Source: Deinococcales bacterium (GTDB lineage: Bacteria; Deinococcota; Deinococci; Deinococcales; JAAFIG01). From it: a DNA stretch of 64,000 nt. Positions 9,744 to 18,653 of the stretch are shown here, piece by piece. Position 1 is the first letter of the stretch. Each line of letters begins with the position of its first letter. The notes beneath the pieces were generated by a model, which was not told the DNA's origin, did no database searches, and saw only the letters and a program-made list of their open reading frames with translations. Where the stretch lies: contig JAYWGM010000051.1 in assembly GCA_043778225.1 (NCBI GenBank), positions 1 to 64,000 on the forward strand, in the 5' to 3' direction. Position numbers and translations under genes: made by a program.

Positions 9744-11222
9744 TTGTTCGAGTTGTATTGGGGCTTGCCCAGTAATTTCTGCACCGCCCAGAATCTCGAG
9801 CAGTGCCGCAATTGCCTCTGGGCGGTAGCCAAAAGTAATCAGCGCAGGCGACGGCACATCCTGCACGTTATAGGCATTCCAGAGCGCCAAGTGCAGCTTT
9901 GGCTTGGCAGCTTGCACCAAGGCTTTGACCTCACTCGAGAGACGGCGGCGGGTGGTGCTGGCAAAAATGATTGGCTGTCTGGCTTGTTGGACTTTTTCGA
10001 GCGCTAAAAGTGGGTTTTTCTGGTCATAAAAAATCGCTTCAATCTGGTAGAGACCCGAAAGGGCTGACAGTAAACTCGAGCCAGAGATGCCTAACTCCGA
10101 AACATTTTCGGATTGAACTTCTTCGGCAACTAAAAGCACCAGACTCGAGCCAAGGGCTGGCAGCACGGGGTTTTGGTACGCCGCAATGCCGCGCTGCCAA
10201 GCGGCTTGCATGGCTCTCGAGTCGGTTTGCATGGCTTCTTGGTTATACTCGAGTGGCGCAATCGGGAAACGCTGGGCGAGGGCTTGTAGCCGCTCACCAC
10301 TTTCCAAGATTCGTTGACTCGAGATTCGTCCGTCTTGTTCGGCAGCCTCGAGTGCCAAAAAAGTCTGAATTTGCGATTCACGACTTCCAAGGGCTTCAAT
10401 CATGTCTGCCCCTGCCAAAAGGCTTTGGATGGCTGCCTCGCCTCGCCCATAGTTTTTGTCGATCGCATCCATGCCCATGCTGTCGGTCACAATTACGCCC
10501 GTGTAGCCAGCCCGTTGGCGCAGTAAGCCCGTCAGAATTTTTTCCGACAACGTGGCTGGAAACTCGGGGTCTATGGCTGGATAAATAATATGCGCTGTCA
10601 TGATGCTGGGTAGGTTAGTAGCCACCGCCGCCCGAAACGGCACAAGTTCGTATTCCTCGAGACCCTCAAGGTTGCGGGTCACGGTTGGCAGGGCAAGGTG
10701 CGAATCCAGATGGGTGTCGCCATGTCCGGGAAAATGTTTAGCACAAGCTGCCACTCCAGCTTGCATCAGCCCTTCTGCCCAAGCCAAACCAAGGGCAGCC
10801 ACGTTTTTTGGGTTCTCGCCAAAACTGCGGTCTGAAATTACTGGATTAGCGGGGTTGTTATTGACATCCAGCACGGGTGCAAAATTCCAATTGACCCCCA
10901 AAGCCCGCAGCCCGCGCCCGACCAGTCCGCCGATTGCTCGAGCCAATTCAGCATCGTTGGATGCCCCAAGGCTCATGGCGCTGGGGGCATAGGGCAGAAA
11001 GTTGGTGCGCCAAACGCCGCCGCCTTCCATGTCTATGGCAAGCAGTAAATCGTTACCCAATAAGGCTTTTAACTCGAGAATCAGATTTCTGCCTTGCTCG
11101 AGTGAAATTAAATTTTTGCGAAAAAGGATGATTCCACCCGGTTTATAGCGTGCCAAATGCGCTTTTGTCTCGGGGGTTAAAACTGTATCTGCAATATCCA
11201 CCATCACCAATTGACCAATCAT
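9741..11222 (-). CDS. nagZ: GH3 beta-N-acetylhexosaminidase
   Basis: IDMEGG, NFAPVLDV, KHFPGHGDTHLDSH and VTDSMGM motifs; start moved to ATG 11222 (TATGCT box). Confidence 0.9.
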   Translation of the reverse strand: MIGQLVMVDIADTVLTPETKAHLARYKPGGIILFRKNLISLEQGRNLILELKALLGNDLLLAIDMEGGGVWRTNFLPYAPSAMSLGASNDAELARAIGGLVGRGLRALGVNWNFAPVLDVNNNPANPVISDRSFGENPKNVAALGLAWAEGLMQAGVAACAKHFPGHGDTHLDSHLALPTVTRNLEGLEEYELVPFRAAVATNLPSIMTAHIIYPAIDPEFPATLSEKILTGLLRQRAGYTGVIVTDSMGMDAIDKNYGRGEAAIQSLLAGADMIEALGSRESQIQTFLALEAAEQDGRISSQRILESGERLQALAQRFPIAPLEYNQEAMQTDSRAMQAAWQRGIAAYQNPVLPALGSSLVLLVAEEVQSENVSELGISGSSLLSALSGLYQIEAIFYDQKNPLLALEKVQQARQPIIFASTTRRRLSSEVKALVQAAKPKLHLALWNAYNVQDVPSPALITFGYRPEAIAALLEILGGAEITGQAPIQLEQ

Positions 11223-11262
11223 CGCACAAGCATAACCAAAATACGTTAGACTGCACGCACTT

Positions 11263-11625
11263 GTGGAACTCGACCAGATTCTTGCACATTTAGTAGCAAA
11301 CACCGACGGCGCACTTGGGGCTGCCCTTGGTGGTATGGATGGCTTATTGATTGAGCAGTTCAGCAACGATGCTAAACTCAATTTAGCCAATGTTGTTGCC
11401 GAACACAGCAATTTGCTCCGCAGCATCAAAATTGCCTATGCGGTCAGCCTTGGGGCGGGCGAAGTCGGCGAAATTTTAATCACCTCCGATAAACTGCTCG
11501 GGTTCACCAAACGAATCTCTGATGATTTTTTTGTGACCCTGATGCTCGAGCCAAACGGTAACATCGGCAAAGCCCGTTTACTCTTAGACCAAGCCGTTCG
11601 TGGCTTGAAAGGAATGCTGACCTAA
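11263..11625 (+). CDS. Roadblock/LC7 (MglB-like) protein 1
   Basis: GAALGGMDGLLIE and GNIGKARL motifs, 120 aa. Confidence 0.85.
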   Translation: MELDQILAHLVANTDGALGAALGGMDGLLIEQFSNDAKLNLANVVAEHSNLLRSIKIAYAVSLGAGEVGEILITSDKLLGFTKRISDDFFVTLMLEPNGNIGKARLLLDQAVRGLKGMLT

Positions 11626-11975
11626 TGTCCAAATGGCTGACCACACTGGCTTCAATGCCCTATGTCCTGACAGCTGTACTGGTCAGCGATAGTGGACTCG
11701 AGATTGAAGCAGTTGGTGGTGCGGTTATCTCGAGCCAAGTCTTGGCTGCCGAAACCGCCAGTTTAGTACGTGCCAGCAGTGTGGCGGGACAGAACTTGGG
11801 TGGCGGCAAGTTATTTCGTTGGAGTTTTACGACTGACCATTTTGAAGTCATTTCTTTGCGGGTTGGCTTGACCCATTCTTTGACGGTCGCTATTCAGCGC
11901 GGTTCTGACCCACGTAATTTACAAGTCGAAATGGCGCGGTTATCGTTGCAGTTGGTCTCGCAACTCGAAATCTAG
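11625..11975 (+). CDS. Roadblock/LC7-like protein 2
   Basis: AVLVSDSGLEIE...LAAETASL pattern; 1-nt overlap with the previous gene. Confidence 0.75.
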   Translation: MSKWLTTLASMPYVLTAVLVSDSGLEIEAVGGAVISSQVLAAETASLVRASSVAGQNLGGGKLFRWSFTTDHFEVISLRVGLTHSLTVAIQRGSDPRNLQVEMARLSLQLVSQLEI

Positions 11976-12009
11976 ATATTTTGGCGCATTTTAAGGATAA
12001 ACTAGACTT

Positions 12010-12369
12010 ATGGACATTCACGCATTACTCGAGGAAGTGCTGGGCATTAAAGGCATCACCAGCGTGGCTTTGGTCTCCGAAGATGGCTTTGTGATTGAAT
12101 CGGCAACCGCGCCCGGTAATACCGTAGACCTCGAGTTTCTGGGTGGGGTGGTCACCTCGAGCCTAGCTGCTTCTCAAGCCTTGGCTGAGTTTTTTGGCAA
12201 AGGCGAAGTCAGTCAGGTGATGGTCGAATTTGAAGAAGGACCAGTGCTGCTTGCTCCTGTGGGTGGTGCAAGTATGTTAGCAACCCTCGACAGCGCCCAA
12301 AATCTAGGACGGGTGCGTTTCCAACTTAAAAAATACTTGCCCCGTTTGGCTGAAGCTGCTAAAAGCTAA
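12010..12369 (+). CDS. Roadblock/LC7 protein 3
   Basis: VALVSEDGFVIES, QVMVEFEEG and NLGRVR motifs. Confidence 0.88.
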   Translation: MDIHALLEEVLGIKGITSVALVSEDGFVIESATAPGNTVDLEFLGGVVTSSLAASQALAEFFGKGEVSQVMVEFEEGPVLLAPVGGASMLATLDSAQNLGRVRFQLKKYLPRLAEAAKS

Positions 12370-12444
12370 TCACTCTTTTTACCCAGTCCAAAATTCCCAT
12401 TTCTTCCCCTGCGTTCTCACCCGTCAAGATGCTAGGCTGGTCTC

Positions 12445-12825
12445 ATGAATGCGATTCCAACGCTATCGCACCTCGAGTTGTTCGCCCTGCGCGAACGCCT
12501 CTCGAGCCGTTTGCGTGAATTTGGCATTCGGGCGCAATTGCCAAAACTCGAGCTACCAAAATTGGCGGCGCTGGCAGAACTGGTCGAAGCCCATGTGGTG
12601 CAGGTTCAGTCTTCCAATACTTTTGGGCGGCGCTGGCTTAAAAGCGTGCTGCTCAGTCTGATTGTTCTGCTCGAGCAATGGCGGGAAAGTCCCAAAGAAA
12701 CTGCCGACAATCAAGGCGAAACCCAAGACATGGTTGTGCAAATTAGCCGTCTCGAGTTCCCTGTTGGTAATTTGGTCTTGCTTGGGCATCATGCTCGGGT
12801 TTTGTGGTGTTGCTTTCGGAATTAG
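12445..12825 (+). CDS. Hypothetical protein
   Basis: 126-aa ORF with TAGGCT box 6 nt before ATG. Confidence 0.5.
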   Translation: MNAIPTLSHLELFALRERLSSRLREFGIRAQLPKLELPKLAALAELVEAHVVQVQSSNTFGRRWLKSVLLSLIVLLEQWRESPKETADNQGETQDMVVQISRLEFPVGNLVLLGHHARVLWCCFRN

Positions 12826-12888
12826 GAAATGGGTTTCTCTCTTTTCTCTCAACTTCCCTCTTTTCTCTTCTTTTGAAAGGTCAAACCC

Positions 12889-13962
12889 ATGAATACCCTC
12901 ATTTATCCGCCCCGCGAAATCATCGAAGCCGAACGCCCTCCGCGCCCCGCTAGTTTGTTGTCGCACTCTTACCGCGACCGTTTAATCGAACGCGGAATGC
13001 TGGCACTTTACCGTTGGTACACCAGCCGCAGCCAAGAAACCCGCAATTGGAATGTGGATTTTGGCTTTGATTGGCGCAACATGAACCAGAATTTATCCGG
13101 CACAACCAAACAAGTCCTCAAAGGCTTTTTTGCAGTCGAGCAATTTGTTCCCGATTATGTCTCTAAAGCCCTTGATTTGGTGCGTCGCAGCCACGGACGC
13201 AGCCACTTCCAGATTCGTTGGGGCAGCGAAGAAGAAAAACACGCCGACACTTGGGAAAACGCGGTCTTGTTCTCGAGAAGCCAAACCCCAGCCGAGTTAG
13301 AAGAATACAAATTCCAGCTTCGCAAAAAAGAATGGGAACTGCCATGGGAAGACCCACTGCATTTATTGCTTTATACGGTTTTCCAAGAACGTGCCACGCA
13401 ACTCAATTACATCAATATGGGTAAAATTGCTTCGGGCTTAAAGCCGGGCTATGAATCGGATAAGTGCGATGTGCTGGCTAAAGTTGCCCTGACGATCGCC
13501 ACCGACGAAGCCGCCCATTACAATTTTTTTCTCGAGGCAGCCCGTCTGCATATGTATTACTATCCACTCGAGACCCTAGAAGCCATCCGCGATGTGGTCG
13601 AACACTTTGCAATGCCCGCCCAAGCCCTGATGCCAGACTGGCGCGAGTTCTTTGAAGCCGCCTATAAGGCTGGTGTCTATGGACCTCGAGAATATGCCCG
13701 CGATGTTGTGGCGGTCGGCTTTAAGCAATTTGGGATTGAAAGCCGCAAGAGTTTAGAAGCGGGTATTCTCAAAACCCGTTTAATTCCAGACGAAGAAGGG
13801 CAGATGCGAAACAGTGCCATTTGGGAAACCTTTGACCCAGACGGTATTGTCGAAGATGTCAAACGCCTTTATGCCAAGGTACAGGGTTTTGAAGATAAAT
13901 ACGGTATGACCGAGATTGACCCAACGCACTTTGTCGAAAATCCGCTTTGGAAAGCTGTTTAG
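12889..13962 (+). CDS. Acyl-ACP desaturase-like ferritin-fold di-iron protein
   Basis: WGSEEEKH, FQERAT and IATDEAAH di-iron motifs, FAMP; AAAGG RBS. Confidence 0.85.
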   Translation: MNTLIYPPREIIEAERPPRPASLLSHSYRDRLIERGMLALYRWYTSRSQETRNWNVDFGFDWRNMNQNLSGTTKQVLKGFFAVEQFVPDYVSKALDLVRRSHGRSHFQIRWGSEEEKHADTWENAVLFSRSQTPAELEEYKFQLRKKEWELPWEDPLHLLLYTVFQERATQLNYINMGKIASGLKPGYESDKCDVLAKVALTIATDEAAHYNFFLEAARLHMYYYPLETLEAIRDVVEHFAMPAQALMPDWREFFEAAYKAGVYGPREYARDVVAVGFKQFGIESRKSLEAGILKTRLIPDEEGQMRNSAIWETFDPDGIVEDVKRLYAKVQGFEDKYGMTEIDPTHFVENPLWKAV

Positions 13963-13970
13963 AATAGTCG

Positions 13971-13998
13971 AAAAAGCCCACTCGAGTGGGCTTTTTTT
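13971..13998. terminator. Bidirectional intrinsic terminator centred on CTCGAG
   Basis: AAAAAGCCCA-CTCGAG-TGGGCTTTTTTT between convergent genes. Confidence 0.85.
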
Positions 13999-14001
13999 GA
14001 T

Positions 14002-14373
14002 TTATCCTAGTTTCTTGAGTCTTTCGGCGGCTTCGCTTGGCTCGAGTTCGCCTTTTTCAAGCGCCCGTAAAATCGCTTCTCGAGCTTCGTTGCCCTCAAG
14101 TTCGGGTTCATAACCCAATGCCCTGAGTAACCCATCAAACCGAGCGCGGATGGTTGGATACGACAAGCCTAGAATCCGTTCAACTTCTTTAAGGTTGCCA
14201 CGAACTTTAATGTACAAGCGCAAAAACTCGAGTTGGTCTGGGGCAAGCAAGGCAAATTCGTTAAGCCGAAACGTGCCTTCGATTTGTACTCCAGATTCTG
14301 GGAAAACCAGTTTTGTGACCAGTGGTGTTTCGCTTGAGCCTTGGAACTGGGTTGGTAAGTCAAGAATCATCAT
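14002..14373 (-). CDS. DUF2089-family HTH protein
   Basis: RGNLKEVERILGLSYPTIRAR helix-turn-helix and C-terminal SHOCT-like helix; N-terminal Cys knuckles not present. Confidence 0.85.
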   Translation of the reverse strand: MMILDLPTQFQGSSETPLVTKLVFPESGVQIEGTFRLNEFALLAPDQLEFLRLYIKVRGNLKEVERILGLSYPTIRARFDGLLRALGYEPELEGNEAREAILRALEKGELEPSEAAERLKKLG

Positions 14374-14383
14374 TATTTATACC

Positions 14384-14992
14384 TTACTGGACGCTGATGC
14401 GGATTATATCGCCGTCGGCTGTGGCGATGTCCACCAGGTTGCCTTCAGGTAAATCGCCCTTGAGCATTTCGGTCAGGGTTTCCATGTCTAAGCCCTGTTC
14501 GCTCATGGTGCGCTGGGCATCTTTTGGAATCAGTTTCATGGCAAAGTTTGCTAAGCCAATCGGGATATTAACCCGAACGTTATCGCCGTCGCTGGTGGTA
14601 ATTTCGATTTTAATCAGGCGGACATTGCCACTGGGTTTAGGACTCGAGTTGCGGCTGCTCCAGTCGCCATTCCAGTTGCCGCTCCATTTATTGCCACTCA
14701 CGCCGGCTCGAGACAAGGCATCTTCAACAATTTTACCGACATCTTTGCCATTGATTCTGACCCCCGTCCGAAACGACCCACGCTTGGGTTCTTCGTCGTC
14801 TTCGCCAGCCTCGAGAACCTGAGCCAACGCATCGGCGCTCATGCCTTCATCCATCATTGCAAAAAGCCGTTCCCAAGTGCTTTCTGGTAATTTTTTAAGG
14901 CTGCTCGAGAGTGCTTGGAGCAGTTTCACCGCATCGTCTTTAGAAATTTTGCCTTCTTTGGCAAGTTGTAACACCCGTTCAATTTCGCTCAT
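14384..14992 (-). CDS. SHOCT-like/YvlB-N domain protein
   Basis: VLQLAKEGKISKDDAVKLLQAL start and VRVNIPIGLA C-terminal domain; AAGGAGG RBS. Confidence 0.75.
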   Translation of the reverse strand: MSEIERVLQLAKEGKISKDDAVKLLQALSSSLKKLPESTWERLFAMMDEGMSADALAQVLEAGEDDEEPKRGSFRTGVRINGKDVGKIVEDALSRAGVSGNKWSGNWNGDWSSRNSSPKPSGNVRLIKIEITTSDGDNVRVNIPIGLANFAMKLIPKDAQRTMSEQGLDMETLTEMLKGDLPEGNLVDIATADGDIIRISVQ

Positions 14993-15066
14993 GATAAGCC
15001 TCCTTATGTTGAGAGGAAGGAGAAAAGAGAGAAAAATCCCTTTTAACCTTTTGCCCTTTTGCCCTT

Positions 15067-16029
15067 TTATTGATTTATGCCGTTAATTGCCACAATATCC
15101 AGATTACCGGCGGTCAACGAACAGGTTAATTTGGCTCGAGCCGCGCCAAGTCGCCCTTCGAGGTCGCCGCCAACAAATTTCTTTTCGGTTTGGGTCAAAA
15201 TAAAGCCTCGAGCGCTGACATCTCCGGCAGTGGTACTGGCTTTAAGGGCAACACTCGAGCCAGCTAAAAGTTGGATATTGACATTACCAGCTAAGGCTTT
15301 GACGCTCGATTCGCCATTTTCGAGCTTGGTTTTGATTTTAATATCGCCAGCTTTGGCATTGACCATAAAACTGCTTGCGCCTTCAAGGGTAATATCGCCA
15401 GCGCTGATGTCTATTTGTACCGTACCGTGAACCTCAATCACATCGAGGTCGCCAGCCACCAGATTAATCTCGAGATGGGCTAAGTTTTGCGGCACACGAA
15501 CTTCGAGTTGAATTGGTAAGGCGCGTCCGATGGTTTTAATCACGGTGTTCAGCCAGCCAATTTCGGTTGGGTCTTCGAGGTTGCCATGAGCCACAATTCG
15601 AGCGGTTTCGTGGCTATGGGTGGTCTCGAGTGTGCCATTTTTGACCACAGCTTCGATTTGGGTTAAGCCAGCCACCCCACGGACGTTAATATCACCACTG
15701 TTGGCGGTAATCTCGAGCTTTTGGATACTGCCAGTTAGGGTGGCATGACTTGGGCTGCTGATTGGTGCAGGTGGTGGCTTTACGGTCACTTCGATTTTCG
15801 GTGGGGCTGGTGGGGCTGGCGGGGCTGGGGCAACGACTGGGGCTGGAGGCACAACTGCTGGTGGAACTGGAATTTTGGGCGGTGGCGGTGGTATTGGCGC
15901 ACTGCCGGTCAGGGCTTCGGAGGTGGATTCGCCGCTTGGCTCGAGGGCGCGAAGCAGTTTATTGGCTTCCTCGGGGCTGATTTTGCCTTGGCGTAAGAGA
16001 TTTTCGATGCGCTGCCGAAATGGATCCAT
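15067..16029 (-). CDS. DUF4097 beta-strand repeat protein with SHOCT-like N-terminus and Pro-rich linker
   Basis: LLRQGKISPEEANKLL start, repeated AGD(I/L/V) beta turns, AAGGAG RBS. Confidence 0.8.
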   Translation of the reverse strand: MDPFRQRIENLLRQGKISPEEANKLLRALEPSGESTSEALTGSAPIPPPPPKIPVPPAVVPPAPVVAPAPPAPPAPPKIEVTVKPPPAPISSPSHATLTGSIQKLEITANSGDINVRGVAGLTQIEAVVKNGTLETTHSHETARIVAHGNLEDPTEIGWLNTVIKTIGRALPIQLEVRVPQNLAHLEINLVAGDLDVIEVHGTVQIDISAGDITLEGASSFMVNAKAGDIKIKTKLENGESSVKALAGNVNIQLLAGSSVALKASTTAGDVSARGFILTQTEKKFVGGDLEGRLGAARAKLTCSLTAGNLDIVAINGINQ

Positions 16030-16187
16030 AGATGCTCCTTTGAATATCGGTCTTTCTAAAAAATAATGTAAAACAAAACTTACTATTTGTCAAGTATTAT
16101 TTTATAATTAAGAATTATCCCGACAAATTGCTCATTGTAGGCATCAAGCAATTACAAAAGGCAATAAACACCGTAGACTGTCCAAAG

Positions 16188-17387
16188 ATGTTTGACCCCG
16201 AAACCTTCCACAACCTTCACCTCGAGATGTGCCGCAAACAATTATGGGCGGGTTTTGCACCGCTCGAGATTCCATTGTTGATTTGGGACGGAATTCATAC
16301 CTATGCTTTTCATCATCCCAACCCACCCGCCCCGTTTGAACCAGAATGGGATTGGTATGTGATGTCTGGACGGGCCGAAACGATGGTTGGCAACAGCACT
16401 GGAACACTCGAGTTTCTACCAATTGCCACGGTGATGGCGGTTGGATTAAGCAGTCAAGCAGCCGCAGCTTTAGCCATCCACGAAGCCTTTCATGTTTTTC
16501 AAAATATGCAGTACCCACGCTGGAGTGCCAATGAACTCGAGGTGCTGCGCTATCCAATGCTCGATGTTGATGGGCTGGCTTTGCGGCGGCTCGAGACTCG
16601 GGCGCTTTCTCGAGCCATCACCCTCCAAGACCTAGGTTGGGTTCGGGCTGCCTTAAAAGCCAGAGCTTCCAGATTTGCACGGCTCGAGGAACGCCAACGA
16701 ATTTTTGAACGCGAGCTAGAACGCATTGAAGGGACGGCTTTTTTTGTTGAAGGGCGGGTCAAAGAAGAAGCCTTTAGCTTATCCGAAGAAGATTTTGCCC
16801 CCCAAGATGTCCGCCAGCGCTGTGCGGTCATCGGGCGGGCTTGGATGGAACTCCTGACCCGCTTTGCGTCGCAAAGTGTGCGTGGACTTGGCAGCGAATA
16901 TATCGATCTGCTGCTCAAACCCGTGGCAAAAACTGCCCCAGAACGTCCTCTGACTTTTTCGATTCTCGAGTACGAACGCGAACGCGCTCGTCAGGACATC
17001 GAAATCCTAAAATTACTGCGCAAGACCAAACGCCTTGAGTTTTTTGATGGCTTTGGTTTTCTGCTGGAGATTACTTCAGGTACGCCACTGCAACCCCAAG
17101 GCTTTGACCCAATAAACCTTGAAGCCCTCGAGACTGGCGAAGTGCTGCATAGTCGTTATTTACGACTTGGTGATGCCAACGGTTGGCTCGAAATGCTCGG
17201 CGCAAGCTGTCTGACTTTTGGCGCGGACCATCCGTGGTTGGTCACAAAAATGTACATCAAACTTCCAAATGCTCCCAGCGTCACTCGAGGTGCGATTTTG
17301 CGGGTGCAACACGAGCAGCTTAAATTTGAGTGGAAAAACGCCCAACTCGAGCTTTTAGACCGTGCCATGCGAATCACCATTCCCTAG
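16188..17387 (+). CDS. Hypothetical HExxH-motif protein (possible metallopeptidase)
   Basis: AIHEAFHVFQ and a downstream EGTA; TAGACT box before ATG 16188. Confidence 0.6.
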   Translation: MFDPETFHNLHLEMCRKQLWAGFAPLEIPLLIWDGIHTYAFHHPNPPAPFEPEWDWYVMSGRAETMVGNSTGTLEFLPIATVMAVGLSSQAAAALAIHEAFHVFQNMQYPRWSANELEVLRYPMLDVDGLALRRLETRALSRAITLQDLGWVRAALKARASRFARLEERQRIFERELERIEGTAFFVEGRVKEEAFSLSEEDFAPQDVRQRCAVIGRAWMELLTRFASQSVRGLGSEYIDLLLKPVAKTAPERPLTFSILEYERERARQDIEILKLLRKTKRLEFFDGFGFLLEITSGTPLQPQGFDPINLEALETGEVLHSRYLRLGDANGWLEMLGASCLTFGADHPWLVTKMYIKLPNAPSVTRGAILRVQHEQLKFEWKNAQLELLDRAMRITIP

Positions 17388-17474
17388 CGCCACTCGAACA
17401 CACAATTGTTTAGCGCCACTCGAACACACAATTGTTTAGCACCACTCGAACACACAATTGTTTAGCGCCACTCG
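17385..17474. repeat. 26-bp tandem repeat (3 full copies plus a partial)
   Basis: TAGCGCCACTCGAACACACAATTGTT at 17385, 17411 and 17437 (one substitution), partial at 17463. Confidence 0.95.
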
Positions 17475-17950
17475 CGCACAGTGCTGACATTAGGGCTGTG
17501 CTTGTCGTAAATCACGGTTACGCTTGGGGTTTTTTGGCGCAATTGCTCGAGAAAAAAGTGACGAATACTTTCGCGTCCCTCGAGAATGGTGTTGTCCATC
17601 AACTCGAGCCGTTCTGGAATTTCACGTTCAAATTCATGGCTGGTGACGGCACTTTTGATGCTCGAGTCTGGCAGCTTGCCACTTTCTAATGGCAAGGTAA
17701 TTTTATAATTTTCTTCTTTGACTTGAAATTCATAAACCGCGTTGAGCATCAAACGGATTTGCCCACCTGCACGGGTCAAAAAGCGCACATTGAGGCTCTC
17801 GAGGGTGGCTTGGGCAGTTGGTCCTGTTTTGCGTAAAAGTTTATCGCGGCGTGTGCCAAACCATTTTCCGCTTGGGAATTTGAGGGCATAATACAAGGCA
17901 ATTGCAATAAAGAGACAAACCAAGACCGCCAATAACCACAAAATATCCAT
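17462..17950 (-). CDS. Membrane-anchored hypothetical protein
   Basis: N-terminal TM helix; ATG 17950 lies just after the upstream stop. Confidence 0.7.
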   Translation of the reverse strand: MDILWLLAVLVCLFIAIALYYALKFPSGKWFGTRRDKLLRKTGPTAQATLESLNVRFLTRAGGQIRLMLNAVYEFQVKEENYKITLPLESGKLPDSSIKSAVTSHEFEREIPERLELMDNTILEGRESIRHFFLEQLRQKTPSVTVIYDKHSPNVSTVREWR

Positions 17951-17951
17951 T

Positions 17952-18239
17952 TTAGCTTTTGACAACAACTTTTTGCGGTTTACGAGCCAAAGATTCGGCT
18001 TTCATGATTTCGCTCTTTTCGGCAACACCGACATACAACTTACCTTTTTTCTCGCCAGACAAAGCAAATTCACGTATGATAAAACCACAAATGACAATAA
18101 AGCCAGCCAAGATAACACCCAAGACCAAGGCTTCTGCGCCTTTGCCCGAGACTGCGCCAATAAATCCAGAAACCAAGCAAAATAGCGCAAGTGCGGCGGT
18201 TAAATAAGCACTGACCTCGTATAAGCGTCTTAAAATCAT
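17952..18239 (-). CDS. Small two-TM membrane protein
   Basis: Two hydrophobic helices; AAGGAG RBS. Confidence 0.7.
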   Translation of the reverse strand: MILRRLYEVSAYLTAALALFCLVSGFIGAVSGKGAEALVLGVILAGFIVICGFIIREFALSGEKKGKLYVGVAEKSEIMKAESLARKPQKVVVKS

Positions 18240-18312
18240 GATTGCTCCTTAAAAAAACTTCTGTCCAAAAGTTTAGCATTTGTGGCTCGAGACGAACATC
18301 CCACCCAATTGA

Positions 18313-18358
18313 TTTCTATATCTTGTAGTTGTTTACAAATCCGTCCTATATCTTGTGC
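18313..18358. promoter_or_regulatory. Tandem NrdR-box-like sites
   Basis: CTATATCTTGT at 18316 and 18346 (30-bp period), close to the NrdR core CwAtATaTwG. Confidence 0.5.
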
Positions 18359-18653
18359 TTTACTTTATTAAATTTTTGAGACTGTTCTCAACTCGAGATG
18401 AGAGTGAACCTCGTTTCCTTGGCACTTCTCTCAGAATTGAGATGCGATACCCAAGCCCTAAAATCGACTTTTTGGACTCGAGTTTGCCATAAAGGCACAA
18501 AGCTCATGAGAGCAAAGCGAAGAATTTCTCAGAACAACCTTAAAGCCACTCTCTAAACTCCCTGACGATAACTGAGCCTTCCAAGCTCGAGTTTTTCTAA
18601 GCTCGCCCATTCATGCGAGTTTGCACCGAGCTTGCTTGGTACAAGGAGTAACA

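Noticed and set aside
11223..11429. Extended nagZ N-terminus from the track (similarly kdpD to 55752 and the dehydrogenase to 59064)
   Set aside because: The extensions overlap neighbouring genes; family alignment starts and -10 boxes support the shorter starts.
17385..17474. Possible CRISPR array
   Set aside because: Units are contiguous with no unique spacers, and no cas genes are present.
18400..18650. c-di-AMP or c-di-GMP riboswitch before the 3D gene
   Set aside because: I could not find the conserved core sequences; kept only as a generic structured-leader candidate.
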